From Thermodesulfobacteriota bacterium (lineage in GTDB: Bacteria > Desulfobacterota > Desulfobacteria > Desulfobacterales > SURF-7): a stretch of 64,000 bases of DNA. Below, in pieces: positions 1 through 8,407 of this stretch. Under the pieces are notes generated by a model. It made no database searches, had not been told where the DNA came from, and was given only the letters and a program-made list of their open reading frames with translations. The position numbers and the translations under genes were made by a program. The stretch lies in assembly GCA_049320885.1 (NCBI GenBank), contig JBMORA010000045.1, positions 18,511 to 82,510 of the forward strand. The letters run 5' to 3'. Within the stretch, counting starts at the first letter, position 1. Each line of letters opens with the position of its first letter.

Positions 1-1790
1 TTTCCCATGTTCCGCAAACTCTCAATGGCTTCCGTATCACGGATCGACAGCAGCTCCAGTTTGGATTCCAGCCTTTTCCCCATCAATTCCCGCAGGGGCA
101 CCGTCTGCAGCAAATTCTCCTCCAGGTTTAAAATATCCGCGAAATGCTGTGAAAATCTCCGAATGTCCTTCATTTCCGACAAGGGACGCACCAGTGGCTC
201 GTCGATGGCCACAATCCTTGGATAATCCGAATCCACACGATTCACCGCGCGGGTCCCTAAACCGAAAACCAGCCGCAGCATGCCCGCCTTCGGGTTCATA
301 CCCTTTTTCCAGACGAATGGATTTCGGGACAAACCGACACCGGCGATTTCCGGAAAAAAATACTGCTCCCGGTAGGCACCGGATACTCGTTGCACCAGCA
401 AAGCCATTTGCTCATTCATTTGATCAAGCCCCCGTTGCATCCGGTAGGCAAGGGCATCTTCATTCATGGTGCTGGCGAATATCCGTTTTACCGCCTCCTC
501 GAAATGTTCATAGCGTTTTTCCGGAGAACCCTGGTTGACGCAAAAGAAACTTTCGTATTTTCCCGAAAAAGCGCTGCCGAAAGCGTCCTCCAGCAGGCTG
601 CTGGATCGGACGATGATGGGGGATTGGCCGAAATATTCCAGCATGCGCTGGAATTGTTCCTTGATTTCCTCCGGGAAACGTCCTTTCAGCATCTTGTTTT
701 TCAGCTCGGAAGCCTTTTGAAAATAGCCGTCCCTGGTCTTATGGGCCATCAACAGCTTCCACCAGCCGTTCTGAACGATGTAAGAATAATAAACATCCGA
801 ACCGATATAAAACGAATCATGCGGTTCCAGGATCGTATTCCATTGAAAAGCGGCATCCTGCATCAGGATTTTGCGGGCCAGCAGCATGCCGAGGGCTTTC
901 CCGCCGATAAAACCGGTGCCGATCAAGCGTTCTTTTATCTGGAGAAGATCCTCAAGCGAAAAATACTCCCGGATCAAGGCGAGGATACGCTTGCTGCGAC
1001 TCAACAGAAGCCGTCCCAACTGCTCCACCATGTCCCGTTTCTCATCCAGGGCCGCTTCCGATTCGAGTAATTTCCTGGTTTGGAGGAAAAGGCGGTCCCA
1101 GTAATCGAGGTGTCTCTGGGCATCGGCGGTGTAATGTCGTGAAAGATGGGAAAACAATTGGGTGGCTTCCGCGCTGTTGATAACCGGAATAAGGTCGTTC
1201 TTTTTCCGCAGGTGGGGAAAAAACATGGTGGGGGAATACCGGTGCTGCACTTTCAGCGGATGGATACAAATTTGCTTTCTATAGCTATAGACATCGATCA
1301 GCACCTGGGTTGTTTCCCGAATGCGCGCGATCGCCTTATAGGAATGCCGGTTGCGCTGGATGGCGAAATAGGCGATGGTGTTGAGTTCAAAAAGGTACGG
1401 GCAGGTGATATAAAAAAAATCGCCGATCATCAAGTCGGTGGCCCAGACATGCAGCAGGTCGGAGAGGGAATCAAACACATAATGGACGTCCCGGCCTTCT
1501 TGGGTGATGATGTTGTGCACCTGCGAGGAAAAGGATTCAAATCCCTGGTCCACATTCAGATTGTAGAGAACCACCCGGCTGCCGGCCTTCAGGAGGGGGC
1601 CATGGCGGGCGAATCGCATGTACACAATCCGCTTATTGCTGGAAACGGAGCTGTTAACAAAAAAAGCGACAAGCCGCTGGTAGTCATCAATACTGTCCAC
1701 CTGCCAAACGACGTTATCGCCCCCGCGCAGATGATCGATGATCATGTCCAGGCTGTCCCAGCCGGTGCTTATATGGGCATGAGTCTTCAT
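1..1790 (-). CDS. PEP/pyruvate-binding (PPDK_N, ATP-grasp) domain protein, 3' end outside the window
   Basis: Missing from the ORF track because it has no stop in the window. Read manually from ATG at 1790 (MKTHAHISTGWDSLDMIIDHL...). Contains IGGKALGMLLAR and PIIVRSSSLLEDAFGSAFSGKYES, typical of PEP synthase N-terminal domains. The + strand ORFs 390-1070 and 1146-1808 are its in-frame antisense shadows. Confidence 0.85.
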   Translation of the reverse strand, partial: MKTHAHISTGWDSLDMIIDHLRGGDNVVWQVDSIDDYQRLVAFFVNSSVSSNKRIVYMRFARHGPLLKAGSRVVLYNLNVDQGFESFSSQVHNIITQEGRDVHYVFDSLSDLLHVWATDLMIGDFFYITCPYLFELNTIAYFAIQRNRHSYKAIARIRETTQVLIDVYSYRKQICIHPLKVQHRYSPTMFFPHLRKKNDLIPVINSAEATQLFSHLSRHYTADAQRHLDYWDRLFLQTRKLLESEAALDEKRDMVEQLGRLLLSRSKRILALIREYFSLEDLLQIKERLIGTGFIGGKALGMLLARKILMQDAAFQWNTILEPHDSFYIGSDVYYSYIVQNGWWKLLMAHKTRDGYFQKASELKNKMLKGRFPEEIKEQFQRMLEYFGQSPIIVRSSSLLEDAFGSAFSGKYESFFCVNQGSPEKRYEHFEEAVKRIFASTMNEDALAYRMQRGLDQMNEQMALLVQRVSGAYREQYFFPEIAGVGLSRNPFVWKKGMNPKAGMLRLVFGLGTRAVNRVDSDYPRIVAIDEPLVRPLSEMKDIRRFSQHFADILNLEENLLQTVPLRELMGKRLESKLELLSIRDTEAIESLRNMG

Positions 1791-1901
1791 GAGTGCAATT
1801 CCGGATGATAAACGAATGGTATGGATTGCGGCGTCATCGATCGGCGGTCCCCCCGGGCGGTTCCCGGTTCACCCGCACTCTTCGGAGCCATACCGGCCCG
1901 T

Positions 1902-2600
1902 TTAAAACGAGTCATTCAATCGGAAAAAGAAGGCCAGGTTCATGAAAACCTGTTTTTCGTCATTCTCGTACTTGCTTTCATAGTAATCATAATCGGCATC
2001 GGGTCCGCCCTTGTAATCATCATCGCCGTAATATCGCATGAAGCGGTAACCGATGGTCAGGGAGGCCGTAATATGATCACCCGGATTGAAATTCACGCCG
2101 ATTACCGGGGCGACGCCGATCCCCACATAGGAATATTCATAGTCCCGGTCCTTGACGCCGCTGGAATCAATGAAATCCCCTTCCGAAACGGAAAGGCGCA
2201 GTTGCGGGCCGATCCACAGGCGGATGAGCCGGTCCTGGTAAAGGCGGAACCCGAAGGTATGATCCATGGTATAGGTATCCAGTTCAAGCTTTCCGCCGGA
2301 TTCGTTTTTCCATTTCCATTCTCCGTAGCCGAGATTCAGGCGGTAATTGAACGGCACATTCCTCGCCAGGGCGGTATCCAGGACAAAACCGATGCTGCGA
2401 TTGTCGTCATCGGTTTCAAAACGGTATTCGTCGCGGCCATTATAGTAATCATCCGGCTCCGCCGAGTGGTCCCCCGACCCGTCCTGAATATTCACATCCC
2501 CATAAAAACCCAGCCCTATGGCCGATGCTTCCGGAAGATGAAAAGCATACACGGCAACCAAGAGCATCAGCTGAATCGCAGCAAACCGTCGCACCTTCAT
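1902..2600 (-). CDS. Putative outer-membrane beta-barrel protein
   Basis: Signal-like N-terminus (MKVRRFAAIQLMLLVAVYA...), alternating aromatic/hydrophobic strands, Asp/Tyr-rich loops and a C-terminal Phe. The start could be at 2621. Confidence 0.65.
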   Translation of the reverse strand: MKVRRFAAIQLMLLVAVYAFHLPEASAIGLGFYGDVNIQDGSGDHSAEPDDYYNGRDEYRFETDDDNRSIGFVLDTALARNVPFNYRLNLGYGEWKWKNESGGKLELDTYTMDHTFGFRLYQDRLIRLWIGPQLRLSVSEGDFIDSSGVKDRDYEYSYVGIGVAPVIGVNFNPGDHITASLTIGYRFMRYYGDDDYKGGPDADYDYYESKYENDEKQVFMNLAFFFRLNDSF

Positions 2601-2652
2601 TTGAATTTTCTCCTGTGACATGGAAATACTGTCCTCAGGGCAGGGTGCCCCC

Positions 2653-5409
2653 TTATTCACCCATACCGTTCTTCATCATTTTTCGTAATACATACGGCAG
2701 AATGCCGCCGTTTTCAAAATAGGTGACTTCCACCATCGTATCCAGACGCGCCACCGCTTCGAAGCGAATCCGCCCGCCGTCCGGTTTTTCAGCAGTGACC
2801 ACAACGGTTTTGCGTGGCTTCATTTCCTTAATCCCGCTGATGGAGAAGATTTCACCGCCGTTCAGGCCCAGCTTCCTCCAGCTGTCGCCTTCCATGAACA
2901 CCAGGGGCAGCACGCCCATACCCACCAGGTTGCTCCGATGAATGCGTTCGAAGGATTCGGCGATAACGGCCCGCACTCCCAGCAGCAGGGTTCCCTTGGC
3001 GGCCCAGTCCCGGGAAGAGCCGGTGCCGTATTCCTTCCCGCCCAGCACCAAAAGGGGCGTCCCTTCCCTTGCGTAGGCCATGGAAGCATCGTAGATGAAC
3101 ATTTCCTCCCGCTGCGGCTGCTTGAGGGTCAGACTGCCCTGCTTGGGGACGACCAGTTGGTTCTTGATGCGGATGTTGCCGAAGGTCCCGCGCATCATGA
3201 CTTCATGGTTGCCCCGGCGGGAACCGTAGGAATTGAAGTCCGCCGGCGCCACCTGTTTGTCGGCCAGATACCTGCCCGCCGGGTAGGCTTCGGGGATGGC
3301 TCCGGCAGGTGAAATGTGATCGGTGGTGACGGAGTCGCCCAGCAGCAGAAGCGCCCGCCCGCCGGAAAAGTCACCCGGAGGAACGGGTTCGGCGGACATT
3401 CGTTCAAAATAAGGCGGATGGCGGATATACGTGGAAGCTGGGTCCCATTCGAAGGTAAGGCTGCGGATATCGGGCAATTCCTTCCAGAACCGGTCGCCTT
3501 CGAAAATCCGTCCGTATTCTTCCTCAAACAAGGCGCCGGAGACATACTTCTCCGTCAACCGGTTGATTTCCGTCGAAGAGGGCCAGATATCCCTCAAATA
3601 AACCGGCTCACCGTTGGGATCCATGCCGAGGGGGTCGGTGTGCGGATTGATACCGATCTCGCCGGCCAGCGCAAAGGCCACCACCAGCATGGGAGACATG
3701 AGATAATTTCCCTTGACGAACTGGTGGATGCGGGCTTCGAAATTGCGGTTGCCGGAGAGCACCGCCGCGACGCTCAAATCTTTTTCGGAAATGGCGGTTT
3801 CGATTTCGGGTCGCAAGGGACCGCTGTTGCCGATGCAGGTGGTGCAACCGAATCCCACCGGATGAAAACCGAGGGCCATCAGATATGGCATCAGTCCGCT
3901 TTCGGTCAGGTAGTCGATGACGACTTTCGATCCGGGGGCGAAAGAGGTCTTGACATGGGCGGGGACCCGCAACCCTTTTTCCACCGCCTTTCTGGCCATG
4001 AGCCCGGCGCCGATCAAGACAAACGGATTGGATGTATTGGTGCAGGAAGTGATGGCGGCAATGACGATGCTGCCGTCTCCGAGATGCACAACCCGTCCAT
4101 CCAGTTCAATGGCCACCTGGTGCGCCTTCCCCGGAATACAGACATCGCTTCTGCTCGTCCGACTGCCGGATTCGTCATGAAAGGTGGACACATGCTCCAT
4201 GGCCGCGTCCCGCTTGTAGTTGCAGCCCATGAAGGAATCGACGCTCGCCTTCAGATCGGCAAGCCGGATACGGTCCTGGGGACGAGCCGGACCGGCCACC
4301 GATGCCTCGATGTCATCGAGACAAAGCTCCAGAACCTTGGTGTATTCCGGTTCCGCGCCCGGCTCATAGAACAAACCGGTTTCCCGCGCATATGCTTCCG
4401 CGATGTCCGCCCGATCCTTGCGTCCCGTCATTCTCAGATAGTCGATAGTTTTTTCATCGATGGGGAAAAAGCCGATGGTGGCGCCGTATTCAGGGGCCAT
4501 ATTGGCGATGGTGGCGCGATCAGTGATGGTGAGCCGTCGCATCCCTTCGCCGAAAAATTCCACGAATTTCTCCACCACCTTCTGTTGACGCAGCATTTGG
4601 GTAACGGTCAAAACCAGATCGGTGGCGGTGACTCCTTCCCGCAACGCTCCCGTCATATGGACGCCGATGACCTCCGGAATGGCCATATAATACGGTTGCC
4701 CCAGCATGACCGCTTCCGCCTCGATACCGCCGACACCCCAACCCACCACACCGATGCCGTTGATCATGGTCGTATGAGAATCCGTGCCCACCAAGGTGTC
4801 CGGATAAGCAAATTCCCGGCCGGCCTTATTCTCCGAAAACACCACCTGCCCCAGATGCTCCAGGTTCACCTGATGGCAAATGCCGGAATTGGGCGGCACC
4901 ACCCGAAAATTGGAAAAACTCCGCTGCGCCCATTTCAGCAACGTGTAGCGCTCGGAATTCCGCTGATATTCCAGCGCCACGTTTTTACCCAGGGAATCAG
5001 TGGTTCCGAAGCAGTCCACCTGAACGGAATGATCCACCACCAGGTCCACCGGAACCACCGGATTGATCCTGCGGGGGTCTCCGCCCATGGCCGCGACCGC
5101 GTCCCGCATGGCCGCAAGGTCCACCACCGCGGGCACTCCGGTGAAATCCTGCATCAACACCCGCGCCGGATGGTATGGTATTTCAACCGGCTGTTCATAG
5201 GACTTCCGCCAGCCGGCGATTTGTTTCAAATCCGCTTCCGTGACGATCTCGTCATCCAGATGGCGCAGCAGGTTTTCCACAAGAACGCGGATGGAAAAAG
5301 GCAATTTTGAAATCCGGCCCGCGCCGGTTTTTTCCAGACGCGTGATATCATAGCCATGGATTTCTTTTCCGGAAACCCGGATGGCCCGTACAAACTCCTC
5401 TTTCTTCAT
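2653..5409 (-). CDS. acnA: Aconitate hydratase A
   Basis: RVLMQDFTGVPAVVDLAAMR, DHSVQVD, AAITSCTNTSNP, GCTTCIGNSG, TTDHISPAG, GSSRDWAAKG. Confidence 0.97.
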   Translation of the reverse strand: MKKEEFVRAIRVSGKEIHGYDITRLEKTGAGRISKLPFSIRVLVENLLRHLDDEIVTEADLKQIAGWRKSYEQPVEIPYHPARVLMQDFTGVPAVVDLAAMRDAVAAMGGDPRRINPVVPVDLVVDHSVQVDCFGTTDSLGKNVALEYQRNSERYTLLKWAQRSFSNFRVVPPNSGICHQVNLEHLGQVVFSENKAGREFAYPDTLVGTDSHTTMINGIGVVGWGVGGIEAEAVMLGQPYYMAIPEVIGVHMTGALREGVTATDLVLTVTQMLRQQKVVEKFVEFFGEGMRRLTITDRATIANMAPEYGATIGFFPIDEKTIDYLRMTGRKDRADIAEAYARETGLFYEPGAEPEYTKVLELCLDDIEASVAGPARPQDRIRLADLKASVDSFMGCNYKRDAAMEHVSTFHDESGSRTSRSDVCIPGKAHQVAIELDGRVVHLGDGSIVIAAITSCTNTSNPFVLIGAGLMARKAVEKGLRVPAHVKTSFAPGSKVVIDYLTESGLMPYLMALGFHPVGFGCTTCIGNSGPLRPEIETAISEKDLSVAAVLSGNRNFEARIHQFVKGNYLMSPMLVVAFALAGEIGINPHTDPLGMDPNGEPVYLRDIWPSSTEINRLTEKYVSGALFEEEYGRIFEGDRFWKELPDIRSLTFEWDPASTYIRHPPYFERMSAEPVPPGDFSGGRALLLLGDSVTTDHISPAGAIPEAYPAGRYLADKQVAPADFNSYGSRRGNHEVMMRGTFGNIRIKNQLVVPKQGSLTLKQPQREEMFIYDASMAYAREGTPLLVLGGKEYGTGSSRDWAAKGTLLLGVRAVIAESFERIHRSNLVGMGVLPLVFMEGDSWRKLGLNGGEIFSISGIKEMKPRKTVVVTAEKPDGGRIRFEAVARLDTMVEVTYFENGGILPYVLRKMMKNGMGE

Positions 5410-5428
5410 GAGTATCTCCCTTGGATCA

Positions 5429-6223
5429 TCATTTTACCGGCGGCAGAAAAGGCATCGCCAGCAGGTGCTGGATATCCAGTTTCTTCTCCTGGATATGCCC
5501 GTCCACACCGTACCAGATACGTTCCTGATAGACACCGGTTCGCATAGTGCCGAACAACCTGTCCCAGACGGAAAAACACCTGCCGAAATTGGTGTGGCGC
5601 TCCTCCGTATCCACGGAATGATGAACGCGATGCATGCCGGGTGGCACGAACAGCAGCCACAACAACCGCTCCAATCCCCAGGGTAACCGCAGACTCGTAT
5701 GGCGGATCTGGTCGCTCAGCAGATAGAACAGTTCAAAGATCAAAACCCCCACGGGATCCGCGCCCAAAAAGTAATAGCCCGCCGTTCTCGCCATGGCCGA
5801 CAGAACCACCTCGAAAAGGTGCCGGCGCAGGGATGTGGATACATCCACGTTCAGATCCGTATGATGGACCCGGTGAATACGCCACAGAAGCGGCAGACGA
5901 TGCAGCAGGACATGCCCCAAAAAAAGCAACAGGTCCATGGTAACTATGGTATCGAGCACTTTCAGCCACCGCGGCACATTGAAAAAATGGAGCAGACCCG
6001 ATTGCTGGGTGGAGGAATGAGCCGCCACACCGACCATCATCGTCGTGAACAACAGTTGCAGGATGACCGTATTGACGACACCGAGACCGATATTGTTCAG
6101 CCACCTTTTCAGTTTGGAAACCGAGCTTTCCCGGTAGGGCAGGATCGTTTCCAGCAAAAGGAACACCATCAGTCCGCCACATAGAATCAGCAGCCGGATC
6201 ATGTCATAGCTGATCTTCTCCAT
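5429..6223 (-). CDS. Sterol desaturase / fatty acid hydroxylase family membrane protein
   Basis: Transmembrane segments, His boxes HVLLH, HRVHH and HRVHH, plus TNFG...WDRLFGT. Confidence 0.88.
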   Translation of the reverse strand: MEKISYDMIRLLILCGGLMVFLLLETILPYRESSVSKLKRWLNNIGLGVVNTVILQLLFTTMMVGVAAHSSTQQSGLLHFFNVPRWLKVLDTIVTMDLLLFLGHVLLHRLPLLWRIHRVHHTDLNVDVSTSLRRHLFEVVLSAMARTAGYYFLGADPVGVLIFELFYLLSDQIRHTSLRLPWGLERLLWLLFVPPGMHRVHHSVDTEERHTNFGRCFSVWDRLFGTMRTGVYQERIWYGVDGHIQEKKLDIQHLLAMPFLPPVK

Positions 6224-6299
6224 GGTTCCATTTCCTTTCCAGGTTCACGGCGTTGGCCTCTTCGTTACCGCGTTACGGTTTTCGGCTGTCGGCTGCGGA

Positions 6300-7478
6300 T
6301 CATCGGTTGTCAATGGGCACAAAAGCGCATTCATCCGGACCGCAGTAATCGCCGATATACTCCGATTCCGGCCGATACAACATGGGCTTCGGGGCGGCGC
6401 CGGCAAACTGCTCCTCGAGCACGTGGGCGACCCAGCCGGCGGTTCTGGCCATGGCGAAAACCGGCGTGAACAGGTCGACCGGAATGCCCATGTAGTAATA
6501 AAGGGATGCGCTGTAGAAATCGACGTTGACGAAAATATCGCTTCCTTTTTTTTCCTTGAAGGCTTTCTTGCCGGCAACTTCCAGTCTGGCTGAAATTTCG
6601 TACCATTTGGGTTCACCGGTTCTTTCCCCCATGATCCTGGACATGGGTGCGAGGATATGGGCCCTGGGATCATCCACTTCGTATACCGCGTGGCCCAGCC
6701 CCATGATTTTTCCGCCGGTCTCCAGCAGCTCGTAGATATAGGAATCGATCCTTTCCTCGGCGCCGATCTCCAGCAGCATCTCCATGACCCGGGTATTGGC
6801 CCCACCATGGAGTTCGCCGGACAGGGAGCCCACGGCAGCCCCAACCGCCGCATACAAGTGCGCCCGTGTCGAGGCCACCTCCCTTGCGGCGAACGTCGAC
6901 GCATTGAAGGAATGCTCCGCGTGTAACACCAGGGCGGCATCGAAGAAACCGGTCAGTTCCTTGTCCGGAACGGTCCCTGTAAGCATATAGAGAAAATTGG
7001 CTGCGTGGCCCAGCTCCGGCATGGGTGTCAGTGGTTCCTGGTTGTTTCTGATCCTGTCCCAGGCGGCGACGATGGTCGGAATTTTCGCGATCAGCCGGAT
7101 TCCCATATCCATCGTCGCATCCTGGGATTTTCGTCGGATATCGGGATCATGGGCTGCCAGTACCGCCACGGCCGCCTGGAGCACATCCATCGGTAACGCT
7201 TGCCCGGGAAGCGTTTTCAGGGCGGCGATAACCTCCGCTGAAACAGCCCGCTCGTTCGCCAGACGCGACTGGATCACCGCCAGTTCCCGATGATTGGGGA
7301 GCTTTTCAAACAGCAGCAGATGTATGACCTCCTCAAAAGTCGTTTTCCCCGCCAGTTCCTTGGCCAGATATCCACGATACAGAAGCTTGCCGGCCTTGCC
7401 GTCCACATCACTGATGCGCGTCGTCGCGATGGTCACCCCGCGCAGACCGGTATTGAGGATGTTTTTCGATTCGTTCAT
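6300..7478 (-). CDS. gltA: Citrate (Si)-synthase / 2-methylcitrate synthase family
   Basis: GLRGV, LLYRGY, HAEHSFNASTF, LHGGAN, GLGHAVY, NVDFYS. Start moved to MNESK at 7478 because the upstream part of the track ORF overlaps the small CxxC gene. Confidence 0.92.
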   Translation of the reverse strand: MNESKNILNTGLRGVTIATTRISDVDGKAGKLLYRGYLAKELAGKTTFEEVIHLLLFEKLPNHRELAVIQSRLANERAVSAEVIAALKTLPGQALPMDVLQAAVAVLAAHDPDIRRKSQDATMDMGIRLIAKIPTIVAAWDRIRNNQEPLTPMPELGHAANFLYMLTGTVPDKELTGFFDAALVLHAEHSFNASTFAAREVASTRAHLYAAVGAAVGSLSGELHGGANTRVMEMLLEIGAEERIDSYIYELLETGGKIMGLGHAVYEVDDPRAHILAPMSRIMGERTGEPKWYEISARLEVAGKKAFKEKKGSDIFVNVDFYSASLYYYMGIPVDLFTPVFAMARTAGWVAHVLEEQFAGAAPKPMLYRPESEYIGDYCGPDECAFVPIDNR

Positions 7479-7524
7479 GTATCCCTTTCTCCAGGAAGGT
7501 TTTCTTGTCAAGCGGTCGATCCTG

Positions 7525-7737
7525 TCACTCGTCCAGCCACATCTCCGCTTCGTTGCCGCAGTGTTTGCAGGTAATGGATTGTTTCTTTCGCCCTTTCGGT
7601 TTTGTTGATCCGCTTGCCGCCTTCCCGGTCTTGACCTCCTGCGCCTCCGTTTCATCCGGGAGGGTGCAGGTGATCACCATCTCCGCCTCATTGCCGCAGT
7701 GTTTGCATTCACAGACTTGCTTTTGGGTTGTTTCCAT
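7525..7737 (-). CDS. Small metal-binding protein with duplicated CKHCGNEAEM motif
   Basis: AGGAGG RBS before METTQ; two identical CxxC motifs at the termini; fits between the FTR and citrate synthase genes. Confidence 0.8.
   Translation of the reverse strand: METTQKQVCECKHCGNEAEMVITCTLPDETEAQEVKTGKAASGSTKPKGRKKQSITCKHCGNEAEMWLDE
7539..7707. repeat. About 30-bp intragenic direct repeat (two copies) encoding CKHCGNEAEM
   Basis: catctccgc(t/c)tc(g/a)ttgccgcagtgtttgca at about 7540-7569 and 7678-7707, differing only at synonymous positions. Confidence 0.85.
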
Positions 7738-7806
7738 CCATATTCCTCCTGCTGCCATTGATGATATTTGGTGAATTATTTTGGAACCGGCGGGGGTTGC
7801 GGCCGG

Positions 7807-8142
7807 CTAAAATACCTGTTTCTCCGGCGGCCGTCGTTCCGGCACGAACGGATGCGGGATGCTTCCTGCGTTCCAGGCCGCTGACACGTAAAGATTGCAA
7901 TAACAGCTTCCGTATTCCTCCACATCCGGCGCCCGGTAGACGCAGGGGCAGAAAATATCCTTGTCCTGCTCGCGGTCGCCGCTGGCCAGCCGGCATGGAC
8001 AAGCCATGTACCCGTACCTGGCCTTGTTTGTCAATAACGCTTCCAGCAGCTCGAAAACGCGTTCCTTGTCGCTGTTGAAATAATAGCCCTTGGGCTCCTG
8101 GATTTTTCTGAGCGTTTCGTAGAGTCTCTCGATTTCGGTCAT
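7807..8142 (-). CDS. Ferredoxin:thioredoxin reductase catalytic subunit-like protein
   Basis: CPC...CPC...CYC signature (YMACPCR, IFCPCVY, GSCYCNLY). The start ATG overlaps the glutaredoxin stop (ATGA). Confidence 0.92.
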   Translation of the reverse strand: MTEIERLYETLRKIQEPKGYYFNSDKERVFELLEALLTNKARYGYMACPCRLASGDREQDKDIFCPCVYRAPDVEEYGSCYCNLYVSAAWNAGSIPHPFVPERRPPEKQVF

Positions 8143-8393
8143 TCCTTGAGCGCCTCCTTGATCTCCTTTTCCTTGTAACCCACGATCACCGTATCCTTGA
8201 TGACAATGGTGGGGAAGGAGCATCGCTGGTTGTATCGTTTCACCTCTTCGATAACCGCCTTGCGTTCATCGCCCTGGAGCAGGTCGACATCGACAGCATC
8301 ATATTCAATAGCGAGTTCGTTCAGCAATTTTTTGCAGGCCTTGCAGTGACTGCAGGTGCTGAGGGAAAATATTTTGACTGAATTCGAAGCCAT
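8139..8393 (-). CDS. Glutaredoxin/NrdH-like protein
   Basis: STCSHC active site, cis-Pro motif SFPTIVI, 84 aa. Confidence 0.92.
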   Translation of the reverse strand: MASNSVKIFSLSTCSHCKACKKLLNELAIEYDAVDVDLLQGDERKAVIEEVKRYNQRCSFPTIVIKDTVIVGYKEKEIKEALKE

Positions 8394-8407
8394 TTTTGTT
8401 CCTTTCC

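Noticed and set aside
3316..5310. Long antisense ORFs (e.g. 664 aa here; also 10797-12320, 26003-27733, 34855-36861, 52748-54529, 57778-59619)
   Set aside because: They are in-register shadows of well-supported opposite-strand genes in GC-rich DNA and show no motifs.
7807..8393. Possible selenocysteine recoding in the redox genes
   Set aside because: All active-site positions are Cys codons, and no in-frame TGA interrupts a conserved domain.
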